DNA of 64,000 nucleotides from an uncultured Chloroflexota bacterium (GTDB taxonomy: Bacteria; Chloroflexota; Dehalococcoidia; Lucifugimonadales; CAJXCD01), in assembly GCA_913051545.1 (NCBI GenBank), contig CAJXCD010000006.1:3680-67679 (forward strand), given 5' to 3'. How positions within the stretch are numbered: the stretch's first letter is position 1; each line of letters opens with the position of its first letter. The translations under genes were made by a program, and so were the position numbers. A model generated the notes under the pieces. That model saw only the letters and a program-made list of their open reading frames with translations, was not told the origin of the DNA and made no database searches. This document shows positions 55,611-64,000 of the stretch, piece by piece.

Positions 55611-57149
55611 TCACCTGCGGAATACTTTTGAGAATACTCGTTTAACTAGGGACTTATTGTTTTTAAGGTCATCATCACTACCGTGAGATCTATACTCGTA
55701 ATACTTGTAGTATGGGTAACCATATCCATAACCGTATCCGTAGCTAAACCGTCGCCTCTTAAGTTTGTTGATTACTATTCCTAAGATAGGCGATTTTGAA
55801 TTTCTTATCATCCCCAACGCTGCTTTTAATGCAGCTGATTTTGTGCGTTGACCGTCTACTACTAGCATAACTCCAGTTACTTGTGCAGCCATGACAGCTG
55901 CATCCGCGACAGGGAGAAGGGGAGGGCTGTCAAATAAAATAAAATCGTATAGGCCAGTGACTTTTTCAATCAACTGATAGAATCTCTTTGAGGCTAATAA
56001 TTCACCTGGGTTTGGAGGAATCGGCCCGCTTGGGATTATGTCCACTCCATCCGATTCTTTCGCGGTTCGTATCACTTCGGAGGTGTCAATATTACGGTCT
56101 GCTAAATAGTTGCTGAGACCAGTCGTTTTTGTCATGCCCTCGAAGACACGGCTTAACGAAGGACGTCGTAGATCTCCATCTATAACTAGTACTTTTTTGC
56201 CCGTCTGAGCTATCGCTATCGCAAGATTCGATACCACGGTAGTTTTACCTTCGGATGGTCCAGGTGAGCTGACAACGTATACATGTTTGTCATATGATGC
56301 TGTGGAGAATTCAAAATTTGCACGGAATTGTCTGAAGGCTTCTGCATATGTTGAAGAGGGGGCAGATTGTATAATAGGACCCTCAGATGATTCACCTTCT
56401 TCATCTGTCCAGTTGAATACTGAACCTAATCCAGCGACTCCAAACTGTTCCTGCAATTTGTCGGGAGATCTTACGGTGTCTTCGAGTCCGCTTATTAAGA
56501 AGATGGCCGCGATTGCAATCATTAAACCAATAATTCCACCGAGTACAGTATTTTGTGTAGTTTTAGGTACAACGGGGGTACTAGGTACAGATACTGGTTC
56601 CAATATGGACAAACTATCAACAGCACTTAGTTGTGCCGCAGCGACATCGCCAGCAGTTATCCCGTATACTGCCGCGGCTGATTGGATTCTGGCTATCTCG
56701 GATAACCGTTTTTCCATTGCGTATGTTATGAATTCTTCTGCAATATTTTGGGCGGTAGATGCTGCTACAACTGGGTTGCCATGACGAACTCTGACAATTA
56801 TTACCGGTGGCTGTGTATCAATGATTGCTGTAACTGACGCACCAGATAACTCTATGCCGGACAAAAATGGCTCAGCCATAAGAAGTCTACTGTAAGTAGA
56901 AGCAAGTTCTTCGCTTTGCTGAAAATTACTTGCCCCAAGTCCAAATCCGCTACTTCGGTATTGTACAAGTATAGTGGTAGAGGCTTGATAGCTCGGCGTA
57001 ACGTTTTGGCTTAGAAAGTATGCGCCTAGCCCACCTACCAATGGTAGCGATATGATTATCCACCAATACGTTAGAAACAGACCAACATATCGCCTGATAT
57101 CTAGGGGTTCTTCTTCTACTATTCCATTTTCTAATGTGTTTTCTTGCAT
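55611..57149 (-). CDS. Wzc-like polysaccharide co-polymerase / BY-type tyrosine autokinase fusion
   Basis: 512 aa with two TM segments flanking a Wzz-like domain. 'SSPGPSEGKTTVV' is Walker A, 'VLVIDGDLRRPS' Walker A' and 'FILFDSPPLL' Walker B. The Tyr cluster 'YGYGYGYGYPYYKYYEY' lies at 55692-55742. Confidence 0.88.
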   Translation of the reverse strand: MQENTLENGIVEEEPLDIRRYVGLFLTYWWIIISLPLVGGLGAYFLSQNVTPSYQASTTILVQYRSSGFGLGASNFQQSEELASTYSRLLMAEPFLSGIELSGASVTAIIDTQPPVIIVRVRHGNPVVAASTAQNIAEEFITYAMEKRLSEIARIQSAAAVYGITAGDVAAAQLSAVDSLSILEPVSVPSTPVVPKTTQNTVLGGIIGLMIAIAAIFLISGLEDTVRSPDKLQEQFGVAGLGSVFNWTDEEGESSEGPIIQSAPSSTYAEAFRQFRANFEFSTASYDKHVYVVSSPGPSEGKTTVVSNLAIAIAQTGKKVLVIDGDLRRPSLSRVFEGMTKTTGLSNYLADRNIDTSEVIRTAKESDGVDIIPSGPIPPNPGELLASKRFYQLIEKVTGLYDFILFDSPPLLPVADAAVMAAQVTGVMLVVDGQRTKSAALKAALGMIRNSKSPILGIVINKLKRRRFSYGYGYGYGYPYYKYYEYRSHGSDDDLKNNKSLVKRVFSKVFRR

Positions 57150-57356
57150 TGTTACTTACACAGACATTATACAAAAAATAAATTTGGTTGGCATAACCTC
57201 GCAATCTTATTCCAAATTGGAGATCAGGTGCAATGATATGTTTGGCGTGTTTCGTAGCAATCTGACATTTTTTGAGTTTCAAAGTTGGCAAATATAGAAT
57301 GGCATCCAAATACGCTTAAAAATAAGTGTGTGCAATATTTGGAATGAGGTCTACTT

Positions 57357-58130
57357 ATGTTAACTCCTGAACAGATATCTTATTTTGAAACGTTTGGTTT
57401 CCTGGTGCTTAGAGATGCTTTTTCACCTGAAGAGATGAGTTTAATTACCAAAGAAGCGGATTATGTCTGGAAAAATACACAGGGTATAGATACCGATAGT
57501 GCTCATACAGGAGTAGGTAAGCAGATATCTGGTTTTATTGAAATGAATATTGTGCTTACGAATTTAATAGCGGACGACCGGGTATACATTGCCGTAGAGC
57601 AGTTGCTCGGTCCTGGTTTTACGTACGTCGCTTCTGACGGTAATATGTGGGCAGGAGATACTATTTGGCATTCTGACGATAACATAAGATCTGGTTATAA
57701 GAGGGTCAAAGTATCTCTATATCTGGATACTTTGACCAAGGAAAATGGATGTCTTCGTGTTATCCCGGGTTCACATCATCAGCCATTCCACAACGATTTG
57801 AATCGGGCTATACAGGTGGGCCAAAGTGACCTTTTGGGTTTAGAGGCTGAAGCCTTGCCGTCTTTCCCAATCGAAACTAGTCCTGGTGATATATTGATGT
57901 TCTGCCATGACATTATGCATGCTTCTTTTGGTTCATCTCAGCTACGTCGTCAAATTGCATTAAGCTTTTTTGCTAAACCAGAGGTTGATGAGCATAAGAA
58001 ATGGGTTGTAGGTCTTTATTCTGAGATTCGTAAAAAATCTGATGAACTAACCGCGAAATCTTTCTTGAATAATCCCAACCCAAGAATACAGAATGTTGTT
58101 GCTCCATTGAAGAGTCTAGGTGTTGAGTAG
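57357..58130 (+). CDS. phytanoyl-CoA dioxygenase (PhyH) family Fe(II)/2-oxoglutarate oxygenase
   Basis: 257 aa. Contains 'LTPEQISYFETFGFLVLRDAF', 'WHSD' (HxD), 'RVKVSLYLD' and 'LRVIPGSH'. A GAGG SD lies 7 nt upstream. Confidence 0.8.
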   Translation: MLTPEQISYFETFGFLVLRDAFSPEEMSLITKEADYVWKNTQGIDTDSAHTGVGKQISGFIEMNIVLTNLIADDRVYIAVEQLLGPGFTYVASDGNMWAGDTIWHSDDNIRSGYKRVKVSLYLDTLTKENGCLRVIPGSHHQPFHNDLNRAIQVGQSDLLGLEAEALPSFPIETSPGDILMFCHDIMHASFGSSQLRRQIALSFFAKPEVDEHKKWVVGLYSEIRKKSDELTAKSFLNNPNPRIQNVVAPLKSLGVE

Positions 58131-58148
58131 AGTCGATGAGTATTATGT

Positions 58149-60194
58149 TTAAGTCGATAGCTGACTTGCCAGCTGTTCTGGTTTAGATACAGGCATTTCG
58201 CAAGCGTAGTTTTTACAGACGTAGGCAGTGGCATTTTCGTCTAACATTCGCTTGTCTCGTACTAATGGGATATCTGATATTGTATTTTCTCTGGGGTCAC
58301 TACCTATAAAAATCCTGTTGGGTAGGTAGTGGCTAAAAATCTCTTTTAATAAGGCGTTAGTATCTTCAGATTTATAATGTCCAATAATAGCTATCTCTTT
58401 GGGAGTAGAGAGATAATAATCAAGGGTGCATAACCAGTGTCCCGCTCCTGATGGAATGCGCTCCATCAGTTCCCGGGCTCCTTTTAGTGCCTTTTCTGCA
58501 TGCTTCCCAAATTCTTTATTCCCCGTAATTAACGAGAGTTTTAGCAGCACATCTGTAGCCATAGAGCTACCTGAAGGGATGGCATTATCAGTAATGTCTC
58601 TGGGTCTTACAAGCATCTCTTCATGATCATGACCCGTGTCGTAGAATTGACCGTCAACTTCAGACCAGAAAAGGTTTAACATGCCTTCTGCAAGGGTTAC
58701 GGCCTCTTTAAGTAAACTGCCATTGAAAGTAGCTTCATGTGCTGATATTAGGCCCTGTATTAGAAATGCATAGTCTTCTAGGTAACCGTTAAGCTTGGAT
58801 TCCCGGTTTTTGTATGTGCGAAGTACTCGTCCGTCCCTTACAAGGTTTTGCAATACAAATTCTGCGCTTTGATTGGCCGCATCTACGTAACTTTCATTGT
58901 TCAATATTGCACCGGCCTCTGCAAAAGCACTAAGCATAAGTCCGTTCCAGGCAGTGAGAGTTTTGTCATCCAGTCCAGGGATAGTACGCTTTCTTCTTGC
59001 TCCCAAAAGTTCATCTTTAGCACGGTCAAGTAACTTAATTAGATCTTTAGGATCGATGCCGGCTTTTCGAGCAAATTCTGAAACTTCGGTATTAACATAT
59101 AGTATGGAGTGTCCCTCAAAGTTACCTCTTTTTGTAATACCAAAGTAACGGTTCACCAATTCGCCCTTTTCTTTACCTAGAATCTCGATTATTTCTTCAG
59201 GACGCCAAACAAAATATTTTCCTTCTACTCCTTCAGTATCAGCATCCTGAGCGGAGTAAAATTCGCCATTAGGTCCTGTCATCTCCCGGGTGACATAATC
59301 TAGGGTTTCTTCAACTACCTTTTTGTAAAGGGGTTTACGCGTAGTTTGGTACGCGTGCAGGTATAGACTTACGAGTAGTGCATTGTCGTAGAGCATTTTC
59401 TCAAAATGTGGTACTAGCCAGATATTGTCGGTAGAATACCTGTGGAATCCTCCTCCGATCTGGTCATATATACCTCCGAGAGCCATTTTGTCCAATGTAA
59501 GCTCTACCATTTCCAGTGCTTTCTTGTCTCCTTTAGTAAGGTGGTAACGTAGCAGGAATTCATATGTCATTGGTTGTGGAAATTTTGGCTGTAGACCGGT
59601 TCCACCGTGTTTGTCATCGAACTGACTTTTAAGGCCTTTGAAAGCTGTTTCCATCGTGGTTATGTCAAGAGGTTCAGATCCGGTTGAAGTAATGGACATT
59701 TTACCCATTTGACCAAGTAACCTATCTGTATTTGCCAGGACTTCGTCACGGTCATCTTTGTATGCAGATGCTAAGGCAGTAAGAACCCTTGGAAAAGCGG
59801 GCAACCCTCCACGATCTTCAGGAGGGAAATAAGTCCCACCGTAGAATGGTTTACTGTCGGGGGTTAAAAAGACCGTCATTGGCCAGCCGCCTGAACCTGT
59901 CATTGCCTGTACCGCAGACATGTATATGGAATCTACATCAGGTCGTTCTTCCCGGTCTACCTTGATACATATGAAATTTTGGTTCATCAGGTTAGCTATA
60001 TCATTATTTTCGAAGCACTCTCGCTCCATCACGTGGCACCAGTGGCATGCTGAGTAACCAACACTTAAAAGTATCGGCTTATCCTGTGTGCGAGCGGCAT
60101 CAAGGGCTTCTTGGCCCCAAGGATACCAGTCGACGGGGTTGTAGGCATGTTGTAGAAGGTATGGGCTTGTCTCTTTTATCAACCTGTTTGCCAT
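58149..60194 (-). CDS. thioredoxin-domain (DUF255) protein, YyaL-like, with (alpha/alpha)6 epimerase-like C-terminal region
   Basis: Contains 'NRLIKETSPYLLQHAYNPVDWYPWGQEAL ... GYSACHWCHVME'. I prefer ATG 60194 over the listed TTG 60224. Confidence 0.88.
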   Translation of the reverse strand: MANRLIKETSPYLLQHAYNPVDWYPWGQEALDAARTQDKPILLSVGYSACHWCHVMERECFENNDIANLMNQNFICIKVDREERPDVDSIYMSAVQAMTGSGGWPMTVFLTPDSKPFYGGTYFPPEDRGGLPAFPRVLTALASAYKDDRDEVLANTDRLLGQMGKMSITSTGSEPLDITTMETAFKGLKSQFDDKHGGTGLQPKFPQPMTYEFLLRYHLTKGDKKALEMVELTLDKMALGGIYDQIGGGFHRYSTDNIWLVPHFEKMLYDNALLVSLYLHAYQTTRKPLYKKVVEETLDYVTREMTGPNGEFYSAQDADTEGVEGKYFVWRPEEIIEILGKEKGELVNRYFGITKRGNFEGHSILYVNTEVSEFARKAGIDPKDLIKLLDRAKDELLGARRKRTIPGLDDKTLTAWNGLMLSAFAEAGAILNNESYVDAANQSAEFVLQNLVRDGRVLRTYKNRESKLNGYLEDYAFLIQGLISAHEATFNGSLLKEAVTLAEGMLNLFWSEVDGQFYDTGHDHEEMLVRPRDITDNAIPSGSSMATDVLLKLSLITGNKEFGKHAEKALKGARELMERIPSGAGHWLCTLDYYLSTPKEIAIIGHYKSEDTNALLKEIFSHYLPNRIFIGSDPRENTISDIPLVRDKRMLDENATAYVCKNYACEMPVSKPEQLASQLST

Positions 60195-60347
60195 GTTTTT
60201 GCCTTGATAACCTTTATTGCTCAACCTGGTGGCGAGCGTGAAAGTTAGCTATAGTTTTACGTTTTGGTTAGGTGATTTTCCTTATGGGAATACTCTAAAT
60301 AATATATTTTACTGCCATGAGAGTTTGCACGATACTGACACTCAAAA

Positions 60348-62117
60348 TCATTTCTCTGAAACCATACTATATATTTTATACTTGACGTGAAGTTCAAGTT
60401 TTTCTATTACCATTTTCGATGTGTATGCATCTAGGTTGTTGTGAGAAATACCTACCAGGTTTTCACCGGTTGCGAGGGTAGGGGGGGCTATTTTGCACAC
60501 GAGCCACCCGGACTCAATACAAGGCGTATCTACTGGGATATTGTTTATATGTACCTTTATTCCTTCTTCAATGCCCTGTTGAGGAGGGTTATTGTGTAAT
60601 TGAACAGGGTTATCTTTTCCCTCTCTTTCCGGTATTCCCCAGTCACGTATAATTACCCTGTCAATCGTATTATTGCCAGCTACAGGAGGTGTGTCATATC
60701 TGGGAATGTGAATGTAGTCGCCGTTTCCTGCATCATGGAGCAATATTTTGAGCTCTATAGACTGAATTTGGTTAGATTGTGCATTTACGTCGTCCCCTAC
60801 GTATAACTTGATGAGACCATCTACATCGGGGTTGTCTGGTATCTCTAAGGGTAGCTGTGAAAACATGTTGGAATTGTGGTAGTTACGTCTTGGTGTATAC
60901 CAGGTTTCAGGGTCTGGTACCCATTCATTTCCATGACCACCACCGCGCCTCTGGACTACAAAAGTCTTGTCCAGTAGTTTCGTAGAGTCAGTGTTACTGA
61001 GCTCACTGTATGCTTGCCCATGCATTTTTGCCCAGGCGGTACCTATGGTAAGATCCCAGTTCTGACCTGGATCTGCCAGGTGATTGTAGGGTCCGTGGGC
61101 CCAGTTAAATGTCTGGACGCCGTCAGCACCTTGCCTGTACCAGTTAGAGAATACGCCCCTGAATACCTCTATGGGTGGAGTGCAGTACGAATCTGTGGAA
61201 TGGTGATCGTCCAAGGCTGCATATAACTTTATATGAGTATCGTCTGTAAAATTTTTAAAGGATAGCAGGTCTACTTCAAAAGATCTGCATCCCAGTACAA
61301 AGATGTCTACAAGGTTTTCTTCAGCCCATCTCTCAACATCAATTCCATCGAAATGGCAGCCTACAATGTCATGGGGGACACGTGCTGACAGTAGAAAGGG
61401 TTGTCCTCTACTTTTTTCTATATCAAGCAGTATCTTTCTGAGGTCTCTCATGAAGGTTGTCATAGAGTCTCGGTTGATCCATCCCTCTCCTTGCGGGAAT
61501 ATAGCACCCCTGGCAAAGTCCAGATCTATACCATCGAAATCGTACCTCTCGGCGATCTCCTGCAGGTTTCCCAGGATGAATTCCCGAACTTCCTCGATGG
61601 CGAAGTTCCAGTATCCAATCTGGCTCTGTGACAAATAGAACAGCCACTCCGGGTGTTTTTCTTTCATTGGAATTGTGTAGGTGCCCCAGGGTCCTGGGGG
61701 TTTTTTCCCTGCCTTGACGACTCCGTCATGAATTAACCCAACCTCAGGTAAGAACATGGGGTCGCCGTCACCACCGTTCATACGATGGGCATAGAATGAC
61801 TCGATACCTCTTTCATGGGTTTCATCCAGGAATACCTTTACTATGTCTATACCGTCGTTCACCCATCTCTCGTATCCGGGATGGATAAAAGAGGGTATGC
61901 GTTTTGAAGGGTAGGTAACTATATTGCCTTCACTCCAGTTCCACCAGATACTATCAATGGTTATGTCAGGGTAATCAGCGTAAGTAAGTCTTTCGCAAGC
62001 TAATGCATTGGGGTCCTCATCTATAGCCGGGTCAACTACCAGTACGTCAAAGTTAACTACTACTTTTCTCTTTCTTGCCACAGCTTCCAGATGTTCTTTA
62101 GATAGAGTGAAGGGCAT
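60348..62117 (-). CDS. hypothetical protein, TIM-barrel glycoside-hydrolase-like N-terminal region plus beta-rich C-terminus
   Basis: 589 aa. 'YDFDGIDLDFARG' and the surrounding pattern resemble GH-like (GHL) TIM-barrel families. No precise family could be assigned by eye. Confidence 0.4.
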   Translation of the reverse strand: MPFTLSKEHLEAVARKRKVVVNFDVLVVDPAIDEDPNALACERLTYADYPDITIDSIWWNWSEGNIVTYPSKRIPSFIHPGYERWVNDGIDIVKVFLDETHERGIESFYAHRMNGGDGDPMFLPEVGLIHDGVVKAGKKPPGPWGTYTIPMKEKHPEWLFYLSQSQIGYWNFAIEEVREFILGNLQEIAERYDFDGIDLDFARGAIFPQGEGWINRDSMTTFMRDLRKILLDIEKSRGQPFLLSARVPHDIVGCHFDGIDVERWAEENLVDIFVLGCRSFEVDLLSFKNFTDDTHIKLYAALDDHHSTDSYCTPPIEVFRGVFSNWYRQGADGVQTFNWAHGPYNHLADPGQNWDLTIGTAWAKMHGQAYSELSNTDSTKLLDKTFVVQRRGGGHGNEWVPDPETWYTPRRNYHNSNMFSQLPLEIPDNPDVDGLIKLYVGDDVNAQSNQIQSIELKILLHDAGNGDYIHIPRYDTPPVAGNNTIDRVIIRDWGIPEREGKDNPVQLHNNPPQQGIEEGIKVHINNIPVDTPCIESGWLVCKIAPPTLATGENLVGISHNNLDAYTSKMVIEKLELHVKYKIYSMVSEK

Positions 62118-62438
62118 TATCAGACTCCCAGTATATTTTATATCTCAATTTAGGTGTCGCAAGTCTATGTGGAGGAAAGGAAAGTGTCAAATGCTGTAGA
62201 TAAAAACTAACTATATAACACATATGTAGTCAAATAATAACTATATAAAATATGATGTGTAGTACCATTGAATGATGTCTATATCGACATTTAGGTATTG
62301 GAATTCTATGCATAAGAAAGGAAAATATCAAATTATGTAGATATTTTTTAACATTAAAAAATGCATTAGACAGTTCTTGAAAAATGATGTATAGTTGATA
62401 CTCAAATAAATAATATATAGAAGAAAAGGGCATTAAAA

Positions 62439-62705
62439 ATGACAGTACATTCAACTAGCCAAGATGATAAAATATCTTCGGCAAAGCGAAATAGTTTCGT
62501 TAATCTAGCCGAAAAAAGAACCAGGAAAGTGCTTGATAGCATCGACTCTTTGAGTAACTTATCGAACAGTTCGAATTACGAGTATACGGAGTCAGATTAC
62601 AGGCAAATCATTTCTGCTATTAGAAGTTCAGTAAATAAAATGCAGGAAAAATTCGAGCGCAATGGGAAAAGTAAGACTAGTACATTCACCTTGAAAAACA
62701 AGTGA
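62439..62705 (+). CDS. small hypothetical protein (88 aa)
   Basis: The ATG is preceded by AAAAGGG at -15 to -9. The composition is polar and helical-looking. It is the first plus-strand gene after a very AT-rich divergent intergenic region. Confidence 0.5.
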   Translation: MTVHSTSQDDKISSAKRNSFVNLAEKRTRKVLDSIDSLSNLSNSSNYEYTESDYRQIISAIRSSVNKMQEKFERNGKSKTSTFTLKNK

Positions 62706-62770
62706 AATCTTGTAATAACCAAATGCTTTAAAGGGATCGTTTTTACATACAAGTTTTCGAGGATATCGTT

Positions 62771-63217
62771 ATGAATGATAAGTATGGTTGGCATTTTAGG
62801 AAAAAGCATCCTGCTGACACGGAGAATGAAAGGGATGATAATCTTACTTTCGCCGAATCCCCAGGTGCTGAATCTTTATTAAATGAGTTCGGGCAAAATT
62901 TGCATGATGAACCATATTTAAATTCTGGTGCAGATTCTTTATGAATGGTTATTACAATTGGAACAGTTGCTGATTTGCACAAGCCATTTGTTAAGTCATT
63001 ATTTGCAGGATTCAAAAAGCATCTAGAAGGTGCGGGATCTAGATATTACGGTATGTTGGACTGCGACAACGAAATACCGTTTATGGCTTTAGAAGATTTT
63101 GGTACAAGGGGTCTTGTAGGTGATATAAATCAGATACAGGCAGACCCACCCGGGATTTCGAGATATAGCTTCACGACTCAACTAAGATATTTGTTAAAAA
63201 TCTGCCCTCTGGCTTAG
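62771..63217 (+). pseudogene. two same-frame small ORFs (57 aa + 90 aa) separated only by TGA 62942-62944; either a disrupted gene remnant or a coupled small-gene pair
   Basis: A GAGGA SD lies 7 nt before ATG 62771. The reading frame continues directly as TGA-ATG at 62942-62947 and ends at TAG 63215-63217. Confidence 0.35.
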
Positions 63218-63257
63218 AAAAATTGGCCAAAAATCAGGCATTGCAGAACATGTGTTC

Positions 63258-63286
63258 TTGACAAATGGCTGATCATGGGCTATATT
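63258..63286 (+). promoter_or_regulatory. near-consensus sigma70-type promoter TTGACA-17 nt-TATATT
   Basis: TTGACA is at 63258-63263, the spacer is exactly 17 nt and TATATT is at 63281-63286. It sits ~40 nt upstream of an SD (GGTGGAGGGG) and ATG 63325. Confidence 0.6.
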
Positions 63287-63324
63287 AGATGTACTCAGTA
63301 AAATCTCTTAGGTGGAGGGGAACC

Positions 63325-63684
63325 ATGAGTGATAGAAAAATGGAAGGCGACGGTTTCGAAGAGATCATAGACTCAATTGCGAACGATGTTGCCCGCCTCG
63401 GTTCAAAATCTTCTATAGCAGACTTGCTAATGTCGTTGGATAAATGGACTATCTCCCACAACTTAAAACTAGATTTTTCTGATGAAAGAGATCTAGAACA
63501 ACTGAAGAAGGAATTCCAGGACCCTGAAGTGTTCTCAGCATTTGTAAAGGCGTTTAATAAGCATTTACAGGTTAAGATAGGCACTATTGAAATAGATAGC
63601 GTGCCTACACCTCTTTCTGACAACGTAGTAGCAGAGATCGAGGAATGTGTCATCCATGCTGAGAATAATTTAAACAGCCGCTGA
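63325..63684 (+). CDS. small acidic hypothetical protein (119 aa)
   Basis: ATG 63325 is preceded by GGTGGAGGGG 4 nt upstream. I prefer it to the listed 63289 start and to the antisense ORF at 63285-63653. Confidence 0.6.
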   Translation: MSDRKMEGDGFEEIIDSIANDVARLGSKSSIADLLMSLDKWTISHNLKLDFSDERDLEQLKKEFQDPEVFSAFVKAFNKHLQVKIGTIEIDSVPTPLSDNVVAEIEECVIHAENNLNSR

Positions 63685-63701
63685 TTTCACAAATTTCGAT
63701 A

Positions 63702-63723
63702 CACTACCAAGTGATTGGTAGTG
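63702..63723 (+). terminator. 9-bp perfect hairpin (CACTACCAA-GTGA-TTGGTAGTG) 18 nt after the stop of the small acidic protein gene
   Basis: Stem and loop were read directly from the sequence. No U-tract follows, so intrinsic-terminator function is uncertain. Confidence 0.3.
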
Positions 63724-64000
63724 CGCTCGAACCAGTTCACGTGGTAGTCTGAATTGAATAATCCCCTAGTATATCCAATTGCTGAACAAAATTATAACTC
63801 ACACATTACCTCTGGAAAATATTCAAAAAGCTTTTGAAATGCCATGAGCGTACAATGACTGCGTTGAGATATTGATTAAACCAGAAAGTAACCCTATACC
63901 TATAAAACGCATAGGATTTCTAGGTTTAAGTGAATATGGTAGATATGGTAATTGTAGATGGACCCGGTGAATGGATAGGATATGATGGGAATATCATACA

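Noticed and set aside
55692-55742. Hexanucleotide-like repeat (TAYGGN) encoding the YGYGYGYG tract, considered as a slipped-strand phase-variation tract
   Set aside because: The repeat units differ at wobble and other positions, so the DNA is not a perfect tandem repeat. It is more simply the Tyr cluster of a BY-kinase.
347-57149. Archaeal origin of the locus (AT-rich, heavy glycosylation gene content)
   Set aside because: Several features favour a bacterium: the Wzm/Wzt pair, a fused Wzz/BY-kinase, SD-like GGTGA/GAGG motifs before several starts and a TTGACA-17-TATATT promoter. Taxon cannot be fixed from this window alone.
56950-57309. 119-aa minus-strand ORF spanning the kinase start and its upstream region
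   Set aside because: It is an alternative frame over the well-supported Wzc-like N-terminus. The basic, low-complexity translation suggests an artefact.
62942-62944. Genome-wide TGA recoding (Trp/Gly/Sec) as the explanation for the in-frame TGA
   Set aside because: TGA terminates several well-supported genes here, at positions matching family-typical C-termini. Examples are the ATGA junctions at 40015-40018 and 51393-51396 and the TGA at 43915-43917.
62743-63015. 90-aa minus-strand ORF
   Set aside because: It overlaps the SD-preceded plus-strand ORFs and has no start context or motif.
63285-63653. 122-aa minus-strand ORF overlapping the small acidic protein gene
   Set aside because: The plus-strand frame has a consensus promoter, a strong SD and a downstream hairpin. 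The minus ORF has none of these and has a Ser-rich, low-complexity translation.
63721-63745. tRNA-like 'GGTTCGAGC' (T-arm-like) on the minus strand, considered as a tRNA or att-site remnant
   Set aside because: The flanking bases do not form a T-stem ('ACTGG' versus 'GCACT'). No acceptor, D or anticodon arms can be drawn.
63936-64000. Possible CDS start (ATG 63936, 'MVDMVIVDGPGEW...') running off the window
   Set aside because: Only 21 codons are visible, which is too short to support a call.
1-64000. CRISPR arrays, transposases/integrases, rRNA/tRNA genes and long direct repeats
   Set aside because: None were seen on either strand. The three NeuB copies and the other paralogues are divergent at the DNA level, so they are not recent repeats.

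Overview
AT-rich window (roughly 38-40% G+C by eye, not computed). It looks bacterial: Shine-Dalgarno-like GGTGA/GAGG motifs precede several starts, there is one near-consensus sigma70-type promoter, and wzm/wzt and a Wzc-like BY-kinase are present. Nucleotides 347-57149 form a single co-directional minus-strand surface-glycan biosynthesis and export super-locus of about 52 tightly packed CDS. Many have overlapping stop/start codons (ATGA, TAATG, TTGA).

Recognisable content of the locus:
- An ABC-transporter export pair (Wzm, and Wzt with a C-terminal extension).
- A Wzy/O-antigen-ligase-like membrane protein, a GT-C-like membrane protein and a compact Wzc-like tyrosine autokinase.
- A WbpA/B/E/D-like set for a 2,3-diacetamido uronic acid, plus an AsnB-type amidotransferase.
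- Five GT4 or other glycosyltransferases.
- Three separate nonulosonic-acid modules, each with a NeuB-family synthase and a CMP-transferase. One uses a NeuC-type hydrolysing epimerase, one a HAD-phosphatase fusion, and one is PseC/PseG-like.
- An AMP-ligase/ACP/SDR/GNAT acyl cassette and a GDP-mannose-3,5-epimerase-like enzyme.
- Five class-I methyltransferases, a formyltransferase coupled to a sulfotransferase, three deacetylase-type proteins, and a radical-SAM enzyme with a WbqC-like partner.

Several proteins have no function I can assign. These include three paralogous GT-B-like proteins and a tandem pair of internally duplicated proteins next to wzt.

The right flank (57.3-64 kb) carries a PhyH-type dioxygenase, a DUF255/thioredoxin-domain protein, a TIM-barrel glycosidase-like protein and a few small AT-rich-context ORFs.

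I saw no rRNA, tRNA, CRISPR array, transposase or integrase. All family calls rest on motifs read by eye and need HMM or structure confirmation.
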